Source of the DNA: Vitrella brassicaformis CCMP3155
Lineage: Eukaryota > Protista > Chromerida
Direction of reading: 5' to 3'
Assembly (NCBI GenBank): GCA_001179505.1
Contig: CDMY01000636.1
Span: 1-37,885, forward strand
Length of the DNA stretch: 37,885 bases
Under the pieces are notes generated by a model. It made no database searches. It saw nothing but the letters and a program-made list of their open reading frames with translations, and was not told the DNA's origin. The translations under genes were made by a program, and so were the position numbers. Below, piece after piece: positions 1-10,421 of this stretch; position 1 is the stretch's first letter, and each line of letters begins with the position of its first letter.

Positions 1-375
1 ATTATACAGGAGTCAGACAAACAGACAGGAACTTGCAGCCGAGTTTTCCTGGTTTTCACCTCTTTGAAGGGACAGGCAATCTGCTGTGCTATGTAGGTCC
101 GAACGATGTGTCTTGTCCGTGCTTTTGGTCATGGACCCCTCTCTTCCTCCCCTGCTCATTTTTGTCCCATCACCGTGCTTGCTTGGCTCTTACTCATTCG
201 TACCCCACCAACCCGCCCCTTGCTCGGACGATCTGATGGACGATGGCCAACTGAATGAATGAAACACATACATATATACGTCTACGTACTGACCACAGGG
301 TGAATCCATATTCACTTCTCGTCAAAATACTCCCTCTCTCTGGGGTTTCTGGGTTTGCAACCCTACAACCCCTTC

Positions 376-466
376 CATACAAGGGATTTTCAGTGCGAGC
401 GAAGCACACACACGCATACAAGGGATTTTCAATGCGAGCGAAGCGAGTGTTGGAAATCCCTTGTAT
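376..466. repeat. 30-bp direct repeat whose second copy forms a roughly 20-bp hairpin
   Basis: catacaagggattttcaRtgcgagcgaagc at 376-405 and 415-444; atacaagggattt (416-428) is the exact reverse complement of aaatcccttgtat (454-466), and the stem extends inward with G-T pairs. Confidence 0.85.
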
Positions 467-675
467 AAGTACTACTGATACATTGATGTATTCATGTATT
501 CAAGCAGTGGGTTTGAGATCTCGCGGCAGAATCGATGGCAGAAAATGACGGATCTATGTTGGTGTGACGCTTGACGCGCCGTTGACAGCGATGCAGACGT
601 CACGACGTCAACAAAGGTCAGCAGCGGCAACACCAAAGCAGGTGCCGCATCCCACAGCATCGAGCCGAGATCATC

Positions 676-1732
676 ATGTTGTCTTCTGCTTTAATCGTTG
701 TCGTCTTTCTCGCATCAGCTTCCCCCCTGTCATCTGCCTGCTATGCCGAGTGGAGTGGGTGGAGCGAGTGCTCCGCCTCATGTCTGTCGGTCCGCACCTT
801 CTCCCTCCCCCGCGAGTGGAGCGACGAGGCCAAGCAGCTCAGAGAGCGAGGTGTCCACGGCTACGCCCTCTTCCTGGGTTGTCCCTTCCAGCAAGGCGAC
901 CAGCAGTCAAGGCCTTGCACAGGCGGCAAATGTGAGAGGCCGCCGGTGGCAGCTGACAGCGGCCGTGAAGATGGTGGCAGCAACAGTCTCGTATTAAGGG
1001 AGCGAGGTACGCAGGGAGGGTGCGGCGTAGGCAGGCAGTGTTGACGTGAGGTCGATGTACGCCTGTCTGTCTGTCTGTCTGTTTGTTGATCTGTCTGTCT
1101 GTCTGTGCATTGTGTTGGTGTCTGTCCTGCAGACCCACCAGTGAAGGAGTGCGAGGGCGAGTGGTCACAGTGGAGCACCTGTGCATCCGACTGCAGGCGC
1201 ACGAGGACATTCATCCTTCATGGCGATGTGGCCGGTGACGATGTCCCACACGCTGCTGGCGAGGGCCACATCACCGTCACCACCTTCAGCAGCAACACCC
1301 CCTGCATGAGACCTGCGAACTGGACACAGGAGGAGCCCTGCGACGATGGCGAATGCACCAAAGGTAAATGTCACATACACAACAGCCCCCCCAACACACA
1401 GTTTGGACGTCTGTGTGTTGCTGGCATCAGGTCTGGATGGTGTGGCCGTCGATGACTTTCCCCCCGCCCCTCGCACACGAGAGGAGGCCGAGCGCAGCGT
1501 CCCAGACGATACCGATGGATGGCCCGGCACGGCCATGTGGCTGGCCATCTCTATCCCCTCTGCCATCCTCATTGTGGTAGTGGTCATCGTCATTATTATC
1601 TACCGGTGGCATCTCTGCACCAGGGCGCAGACAGCAGACGGGCCTGCTGCCCCGCCCACCGAGTCGTCCTCAGAGATCCCTTGGCCATTTCTCGAGAAGA
1701 AGCCGAGTGCCGTCCTGCAACTGGTACGATAA
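676..1732 (+). CDS. Type I membrane protein with two thrombospondin type-1 (TSR) domains, TRAP-like architecture
   Basis: Exons 676-1006, 1133-1363, 1431-1732, all joins phase 1 GT-AG. Signal peptide MLSSALIVVVFLASA; TSR motifs WSGWSECSASC..R and WSQWSTCASDCRRTR; TM AMWLAISIPSAILIVVVVIVIIIY; short tail ending SSSEIPWPFLEKKPSAVLQLVR*. Confidence 0.85.
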
Positions 1733-2650
1733 AGCATAGGGCGGTCTTGAGCATGTCGTACTGCCGAGTGCTACCCACCTTCACGAAATACCTGGCACAC
1801 AGGACAACAGCACATCACACATGTGTCTGGCCGCGTGTGTGATGTGTCAGGAGGCTCCCTCGCCCCAGAGGGTTGGCGGCAGACTGGTCATTCCGGGCAT
1901 CAAACGATCCCCCCAGCAAGCAGCCGAGGGGCCTGCAGCCAGCACCGATGCTTACCTGGAGCGGGGCATGGTGGTGGTTGGTGCGTCGCCGTGCGCGCCA
2001 TCGACGGCAGAGGGCTCTGCTGCATCGCGGGTGATCAGCAGTGGGCAAAGCAGCACGCCTTCCTTCGGCAAAGGGGAGGCAGAGATTGCTGACAAGGCGG
2101 CTGTCGTGTGTTAGGTATATTGCTTCTTCGCTCAGTCCGCTTCCTTGCTGTTTGTCAAGCTCGCCTGCTGGGTTTCATGATGTGTGTGTATAGCAAAGAC
2201 GAATGGGTCAGCGCGGGCGTGTCGCTATTTTGTTGAAAGCTGCAATCCAATCCGTCGTGGCTGTTTAGTTCTTTGTATGTATGTGTGGCAAGGTTATTGA
2301 AGGAAGGTGAGACGGCACACGGACATCCATTCATCCACATGCATGGTTAAAAGCACAGGTAGGTATAGCAAATCACGCGAGGAAGGTCCGCATCCGCATC
2401 ACGTACCTGCAGCATTCACGTGGTCCGGTCCGTAGGTGCACATGACAGCGTCAGTCATTGTGGGAAAGTCAATCAGTACTAGTGCGTCAGTCAATCACAT
2501 CCTGCTGGCAGGGCAGGCCATCCACCCACCCACCACCCACTCACACATCAACACAACACAGCCTCCACGGCACCGCACTCTACTGCCGTCTGTCTTTGCC
2601 TCGGATGAGCCGGGTCGGGTGATCCATCCATCCATCCATCGGTCGGTGGA

Positions 2651-3320
2651 TTACTTTGGGTTTCTGAGTACGATGATGACGCTGTCGCCTCGTAGGAAGA
2701 GCCTGGAGATGTATCTCTCCTTATTGACCGCCTTGGCCTTCTTCTTCCCAGACCCCTTCGGGTACTCCGTCCACATCTCCCGAACCTGACACGACACACA
2801 CCACATACACACGACAGACACGCCACGCAATGCCATGCCAGGCGATGAGCCACCCGCAGCAAAGCATTGCCATGTTGTCATGTTCAGACACACCTGCTCC
2901 AAGACCATGTTGCAGTGTCTGTCAAACGCCTTCACCTGAACACACATCGAATCCAGCCACAGAGCGGTCACGGTTCGTGTTGTCTTGTGTGTTCTCGCTC
3001 ACCCGTGCGATGATCTTGCGGTTGTTTCTGCAGTTGATGAGCACCTGCGCATTGTCCTTGACCGACTGAACAGACAGACGTGACACACACGCACGGCCAC
3101 GGTGAGCGACGTTGCTGGCGCCTGTTCAGCGTGTGCGTCAGTCACACTGGCGTGTGCTCACTTGAAAGAGGACGCTCAAGGGACCCTCCTCAGGCGCATC
3201 TCTGTTCGCCGTGTCCGTCTTGTCTGAAGCACGACACACAAACCACACCAACAAACATTCAGGTTGCCATGTCTGATACTTTTTGCGCGTCGTCAGCTTA
3301 CCTTTGTCTGTCATCGCCAT
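2651..3320 (-). CDS. SNRPD2: Small nuclear ribonucleoprotein Sm D2
   Basis: Spliced product [106 protein letters not shown], matching the hallmark SmD2 sequence. Confidence 0.97.
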
Positions 3321-3352
3321 CCTGTCAGCTTTCAGGAGAACTTGGGAGATCT

Positions 3353-3418
3353 GGGTTTAGGGTCCTCCACTTCCTTGGGCATCAAACCCTAGACCGAGAA
3401 ACCCTACATGTGTGGGCC
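3353..3418. promoter_or_regulatory. Putative bidirectional promoter with telo-box-like (AAACCCTA) and site II-like (TGGGCC) motifs
   Basis: AAACCCTA at 3384-3391 and 3399-3406, GGGTTTAGGG at 3353-3362, TGGGCC at 3413-3418, all in the 139-bp gap between divergent ATGs at 3320 and 3460. Confidence 0.4.
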
Positions 3419-3459
3419 CCCAGTGCAGGTTGTCGTGTTTGCGTTGGTTTGAGCACATC

Positions 3460-4504
3460 ATGGGCGGGCTACGAGGGCCTCTCATCCTGTTGGTCTTGTC
3501 AGTCTCGCTGGCCTTGGCCCACGTGCACGGAATCCCAGCACGAAGTGAGACGCCGTCCCGTCCCGTCTCCCCAACCACTTGTCTTCTGCGTCGCTTTTCG
3601 CAGGTGCCCGGCAGCCTGTTGACGGAGATGAGGCAGCAGAGAAGGGCTCCAAGGGCTTCATCTCCCCCTGGCCTGCTGTTAAGCTGGCTGGTCAACTCGG
3701 AAAAGCCGGCTGGAAGATGGCAACCGGACAGAGAGGTGTGCACCACAGATCTATGTGGCAACCGGACAGATCTATGTGGTGCAGACCCGGAGAAGGTGAA
3801 GAAGATGGAAGAGGAAGGCAGGTACGGCGTGCCGTCCTTCAAGCCTCTCTCTGGTGAGCAATGCCATCCTTCGCCTCCATTGAGTGTGTCTTATGCCTCC
3901 ACGTGTTAAGCAACGGAAAGCCACCAGAGCGTCTGATCTGTGTGTTTGCTCATGCATTCCCTCAGAGTTGGCTGGGAAGGCCGGCACAGGGCTGGCGAAG
4001 GAGGCGGGAAAGTTCTACCACGAGACAGGTCCAAGTCTCGGCCAGAGAATGATTGAAAGCATGGTGGGCGCCGGCAAGGCCGCCCAGTACTACGCCAAGC
4101 CCGCATTTGGCACCACATCCGAGGCCTACAAGCAGCATGCCATCGACACCGACGTGGCCAGCCAGAGGCAGGAGAGAGACATGCTGGCGCTCCAATCCAA
4201 AGCCGATTTCCTCAAGGAGGAGCTGAAAACGCTCGAGGGCAAGAAGGACGCCGACAGCGTGAGACGCAGGAACGAGATGGAATCCTACCTGGTCGGTGGG
4301 GTCTGTCTGTCTGATGGATGGATGTAGGCATCAAAGCTTACTCCCTGTGTGTGTGGCTGGCTTTTCGATTGTCAGCCCGGCCTGGAGCGAGACATTCTTC
4401 AGGACAAGAAGAGCATCGCAGCGCGGCAGCAGCAGCGGGCCAAGATGGCAGAGGACGAGTTCAAGTACGACAAGGCGACCAACCTGGTGGGGCCCTGGGG
4501 CTGA
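3460..4504 (+). CDS. Hypothetical secreted protein, helical/charged C-terminal half
   Basis: Signal peptide MGGLRGPLILLVLSVSLALAHVHG; phase-consistent exons ...ARQPVDGDEAAEKGSKGFISPW... / DPEKVKKMEEEGRYGVPSFKPLS / ELAGKAGTGLAKEAGKFYHET...NEMESYL / PGLERDILQDKK...KATNLVGPWG*; no family recognised. Confidence 0.75.
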
Positions 4505-4641
4505 GTGGCCGGTCAACGATCTGAGACACAGAGAAATTCTTACAATACCCCATCCCTTTTTAACGCCATTCTTTCAGTCGTGCAAAGCGTGAAAGAGACA
4601 CTGAAAGAGCCATGGACATGGACGGGGACATGATTGATCAG

Positions 4642-4698
4642 TGAATGAATGAATGAGTGAATGAGTGAATGAGTGAATGAAGGAATGAATGAATGAAG
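4642..4698. repeat. (TGAA/TGAG)n microsatellite
   Basis: gtgaatgaatgaatgagtgaatgagtgaatgagtgaatgaaggaatgaatgaatgaagg. Confidence 0.9.
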
Positions 4699-5368
4699 GA
4701 ATCAGTCAGCCCTCCCACACAGATGAGAAAGGCACCATGCCAGACACTCACCTCACGTGCATTGCGGCTCTGGTAGTGATGACAAGGCCAGTGACCCGGG
4801 TGGATGATCCTCAGGTGTGGTGCAGAGACCCGTGCTGTACCGGACGGCCAAGGGGAGACAGCAAGGCTTCTATATAGACACAGTATAACAGGGGGTGCGT
4901 TAGAGACGGCCTCTCGTGTGTGTTGTGTCCGGCCTCCAGGGTGTGTTGTCTCTCCAGGTGTTTGCAAGCTCCTTTGCAACACTCACTGGTGCGGTGTGGA
5001 TGTGTGTCGACTCGACATACAAGGATCGTAGGCAAAAGGCACATGCATTCATTTAATTGATGTCAACACGACACGATGGATGCGATGCACCCATGCCATG
5101 TGTGTACGCGAGTCCAGCCGGCGAGACCATGCGATGCAAGCAAGACAGTCAGTGTCCAAACACACACACACACGCACGCACACGCACATACATCATTCCA
5201 CTTGTAGTATCTCGGTAGGCTGCACAGACTGACTGACAGGGAGAGAGGAAGAGGCATAGAGCCCTCAGAAACACACCACACACCTCTGCCTGTACCCACA
5301 CCACACCACACAACACGCATCTGTCTATCTACCTGACTGCACGCGTGTCCGTGTCAGCGTCTGCGTTA

Positions 5369-6401
5369 TCATTCTCTTCCTATGATGACGAAGAAGCCCA
5401 TCGTCCCAACCAGCACGAACTTCAACCTGTGGTGCACAGACCAGACCAGACAGGCATACAGCCAAGCACATCACATCTTCGCCCTTTGTGTGCGTGTCGG
5501 CTGGCACACTGCTGACCATGGGTAGTCGTTGAGCCATATTGTAACCATCCCCACGTACGGCAAGAACCTGTGCAGATGACACGACCAAAGGAACCAAACA
5601 CATGTGCTGCCTGGGTCGATTGCGGGGTGTGCGGTTCTGGTTTGGTTGCTTTGTCGTGTGTGGTGTGTCATACGCGATAGCTCTGCCCATGATGTCGCTT
5701 TTGTTTAGCCACAGCTGGCCCGGTGCATAGAGCCCCCGGTCATCCACGTCGTTGTTGTCACCCTTGGTCAGGATCTTGACATCACCCTTGCCCCTGACAA
5801 CCCATCAGCAACACACTCTCACAGAGTGGTGTCATCCCTCCCTCCCTCCCTCTGTGAATGGTCACGTACGTTTCGTGCACTTCGAGGACTCTGTGTACGA
5901 TGGGAATGTCGCGGCCCTTGATCTTGAACACCACCACATCGCCGGGTAGCACGGGTGTGTCGGGGTTGTTGAGGAACAAGATGTCACCGCGATAAAAACC
6001 CGGCTCCATGCTCCCACTGAATGACATGGCAGCACAAACAGACAACACATGTGCTGTGCCGTGCTGTGCCGTGCTGTGCCATGCTGTGCCATGGCTGGTG
6101 CGAGGAAGCTGTTCTGACCTGAGTACGACGACCACAGGCGACTCTGAGCCGGTGATGACCATGAGGCCCTTCCAAAGCATTAAGGCAGAGAAGACGATAC
6201 AACACAGATTCAAGATCTGCTGCACAAACTGCACACACAAGCAGCAACAGACAGACAAACAGACAGACAGACAGAGACAACCGACAGACAGTCGTTCACT
6301 TGTTCTTGCATCGGTGGCCTGCCGAGATCTGATCTCACCTGCCGTGGTTTGCTGAACAGCGCCCGGAACTCATCCCAGTACTGACGCACCGTGTCCATCA
6401 T
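5369..6401 (-). CDS. SEC11: Signal peptidase complex catalytic subunit SEC11
   Basis: Spliced product includes [108 protein letters not shown]. Confidence 0.97.
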
Positions 6402-6584
6402 CCTCACTCACACAGTCACACCGCCTACAGATCCCTGCTTCTCGTCTTCACGCTCAGTTGGCTACCTCATCGCAGGCACGAACGAACGCACACCCAAGCG
6501 TTTCTTCACCACGTTCGCTCTTGAGCTTGCAAACAGTTGCGAGCTTAGCTCCGGGAGGTCCCAAGGCATTAAGAGGCTTCCAGG

Positions 6585-8311
6585 ATGTCAGATGAGAAGC
6601 TGATTCGTCGGCTGGGGTACGAGAGGGTGCGGCCCATCGGTCGGGGTCAGCACGGGCTTTGTTACCTTGTCAATGAACACAACGAGGGCAAGGCGCAGTC
6701 TGGCAAGGGCAAGTTCAGGGGCCCCTTTGTGGCGAAGCTGGTGGACCTCGGACTGCTGCCGGAGAATGACCGGTGAACACACACACACACCACAACTCAT
6801 CCCGCAGCATTCCGTTCCTGTGTTGTGTGTGCTTTGGCTGTGCGTCATCCATCGTGTTTGCAGCAAGATGGCGTATCAGGAGGTGGAGTTGCTTGAGCGG
6901 CTGCAGCATGACTACATCGTGGGCTACAGGGACAGCAGACTCGACAGCGAGAGGGATGTACTCGTCACCGTCATGGAATTCTGGTCGGTCAGCAACACCA
7001 GCCAGAGAGACGGGAAGCCTTGCCGCGCTTGTCGTGTTGTTTCTGGATGGATCTACCACTCACTCTGTGTGTGCGTCTGCCTGCAGTGAGGGCGGCGATT
7101 TGAAGGAGCTGATCAACCAGGTGGCGGCGCAGGACCTCTATCTGGCCGAGGAGCAGATCATGCGGTGGTTCGTGCAGCTGGCGCAGGCACTGGCCTACCT
7201 ACACAGCAACCGGGTGCTGCACCGAGACCTCAAGACCAGCAACATCTTCATGACAAGTGACAGGCAAACGGCCAAAATAGGAGACTTCGGGTGAGGATGA
7301 GTATGAGCGCCTTATATATGATCACGACACACTCACCCGGCCCGGCCATCCATCGACCTATCTGTGTGTCCTGCCTGTGTGTGGTGTGGTGTGCACTGAC
7401 TGCAGTATATCTCGTGTGTTGGAGGGTGCGCTGGACTTTGCTGCCACGACTGTCGGGACGCCATACTACATGAGGTGAGGTGGCCAGGCAGCAGGCAGGC
7501 AGGCAACCAAATTATAGATAGGAACGGGATGGACGCATCGCATCGCATCGCATCCCCTCTGTGGTTGTGTTGTGTTGTGTTGTCTGTCTGTCGATTGTTC
7601 GTTCGTTCAGTCCTGAGGTGTGTCAGAACAGCCCCTACAGCTTCAAATCTGACGTCTGGTCACTCGGGTATGTGTGTACCCATACATCCATCAATAGGAA
7701 GGGGGCATCGAATTGGCTGTCTGTTCGTGTATGTCTGACTGACTGGATGTTGTGTGTGTGTTGCAATGCAGGTGCGTCTTATACGAGCTCTGCATGCTCA
7801 AGGTAAGGTACTAGACTGTGGATGGGCAACTAGACTGTGGCAATGTCCATCTGTGTGTGTGTGTGTGTGTGCAGCATGCATTTGACGCCAACAGTCTGTT
7901 GGGGCTGGTGTACAAGATCGTGTCGGGCAGCAGCCCGCCAATCCCACCGTTCTACTCCAAAGACCTCAGCACACTCATCGAGTAAGCCAACACACACACA
8001 CACACACACACGCGCGCGCGCCACCCACCATTCATTGCAAATCGAATGTTCTCCTTTCCCCTCGCACACTCAGCAAGATGTTGGCCAAGGATGCGGCAGA
8101 TCGTCTGACGATAGACGAGGTGCTGGGCAGTCCCTTCGTCAAGGACTACCTCCGGGTGGCCGCCATGGAGGAGCAAAACCTCATCACACACGAGGCCGCT
8201 GACGCCATCGGCTTTGTCAAAGTCGTCAAATACACTGACGGACACATCCACGTAAACCACACACATCACAGATACAGTGGAGGGATGAATAAACGTCTCT
8301 CTCAATGCATG

Positions 8312-8344
<33 letters not shown>

Positions 8345-10012
8345 AGGAGAGCCGGTTAGAGATATCTCAGCGTGGCATCATGGTGCCGGCCGACCTGACT
8401 CCCGAGGCAGCGGCGGCGCTGCTCAAGGAGCGTGATGAGATGCCCACCCAGGTGGTTCCTGCTGCGTCCGCTGCTGCTGCATCCGAGGCAAAGGTGCCCG
8501 AAGTCCCCCTCCCACCCAAACGAATACTGGTGCGTTCCTTCACACAGTGCAATGCATGTGATGTGAGTGGCCAGCAAGCCGACATTTGGATGGACTTTGC
8601 TATGTTGCGTGCAGCCCATCCCAGAGGAGCACTATTCGATATTGGTTGGCCGCGTGCGGCGGACCTTGGTGCAGCGGCGGCTCAACTGGCTGCACGCCTT
8701 TGCGTTCCACGACAGAGAGGGCAGGGGCTCGCTGCCATTCAGGTACCGCACATACACACCAACCACCACACACACACACACACATCTGCCGCATGGCTGG
8801 CTCGATTCGTCGATCAGTGAGGCGTCTGAGATGTTGCTGGTGACACTGCACCTCACGCTATCGCGGGAGGAGGTGTCGCTGCTGCTAAGGTGTCTCGACG
8901 ACAGGGACGACGGCTGCTTAAGAGTGGACGCCTTCCGTGCCGCCCTCCTCGAGACCGGCAAGGCCTCCACACTGGCTTCGGTGGAGCAGTGGGCGGTGGA
9001 GCTCATCACTCACAGTGGACATGCCGACGAAGTCAAGCCGCAGTTCGACCAAGCCGATATCGATGGGTGAGTGAGGACCGGTGAGGGCAGCATTGGTCAC
9101 ATATATGTCTGATAGATGTGTCTGCCTGTGGTGCAGCGAGGGCATGCTGTCTGACCGTGAGTTTCGGCGCGTCATGTCGCACACGATAATGCAGGACGCC
9201 ACCGACAAGGTCACCGCCCTCGTCAAGAGCAGCGACCACCCCCTTGTCACCACAACAGACGAGGCGCTCAAATACGCCCTCAACAGGATCGTCCACCTGA
9301 CAGAGAAAAACGGACAAGTAAGCCAAAAGACGACGCACCAGAGAGCATCCCTCCCGTGTCCCATCTGTCTCTGTGTATGCCATCAGGGTGAGGTGAACTA
9401 CGTCGATTTTCTGCGTCGGTTCTACCCCGCTGCCCTGATGGTCAGTGATACCAACGACACAACCCACAGCTCCAAGGACACCGCTGCTGGGCTGTTGAGG
9501 GTGCCCACGCCCGTCATGGGTGCGTCGAGGTCGGCTCCAACCTCACCAGGCGGGCCGCGCAACATGCCTGCACCCATATTCAGACCCACGGCAAACACAC
9601 GTACGTCACTCAAGACACACTCACTCAGTGGTCCCTCCATTCCATCACCCACGTGTGCCTGCCTGTCTCCTGCTCAGCCCCTCCGTCGTTCGCCACGAGT
9701 TCATCGTCCCTGTCGCAGAAGCCCGCCCCCCCTCCCCTCCCCGCATCCCTCACCAAGGGCGCCGGTGCAGCCCTCCCGCTGCCCCCATCCATCGACGACG
9801 ACCTCACATCTCCTGCTGGTGGGCCACAACTCGCCCGGAGCGGCGGGAGATCGGCCACTACTGCTGGCGGTGTGGGTGGTGTGGGTGTTGGAGGTGGTGG
9901 TTGGCACCATCGTGTTGTGGATGAGGGCCAGCCGGTGAGGAAGACAGCAGCGATGGATGTGATGAGAAAGCACCAGCGGCAGAAGAGCCCGACTGTGCCT
10001 GCCAGGCACTGA
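6585..10012 (+). CDS. NIMA-related (NEK) Ser/Thr kinase with four EF-hand-like loops and a low-complexity tail
   Basis: Kinase motifs [97 protein letters not shown] (NEK signature); EF-like loops DREGRGSLPFSE, DDRDDGCLRVDA, DIDGEGMLSDRE, EKNGQGEVNYVD. Confidence 0.9.
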
Positions 10013-10421
10013 TGAGGGGATGGATGGATGGATGGGCGGATGGATGGGTGCATGTGTCTGTGGGGGTTGCTCTAGCTGGCCTTGCTCTGTTCTGTTCTGC
10101 TGCCCTCATTTCTCAATGGTTTGTCCATTTGTGCGTTGCTCGGATCGTTGTGCTGGTCTGTCTCTTTCTTATGCTGAGATCTATTCATCGAGATGCGTGG
10201 TGCGGTGCATGTGTTGACGACGGACATTAATGAAGACGACAGATACACGTATCCACAGACTCGTGACATCGCATCCAGCAGACGGTGTCTTGTTCATTCG
10301 CGCACACTGCCATGCAGACAGACTATCCGATAGACACCTCTAGTCGGCCAACACCTTTCGGCATGCAAAGCGTGCACCCACATGCCTGTCAGCCGGCCCC
10401 CCAAGGTGTCCGTCTATCAGT

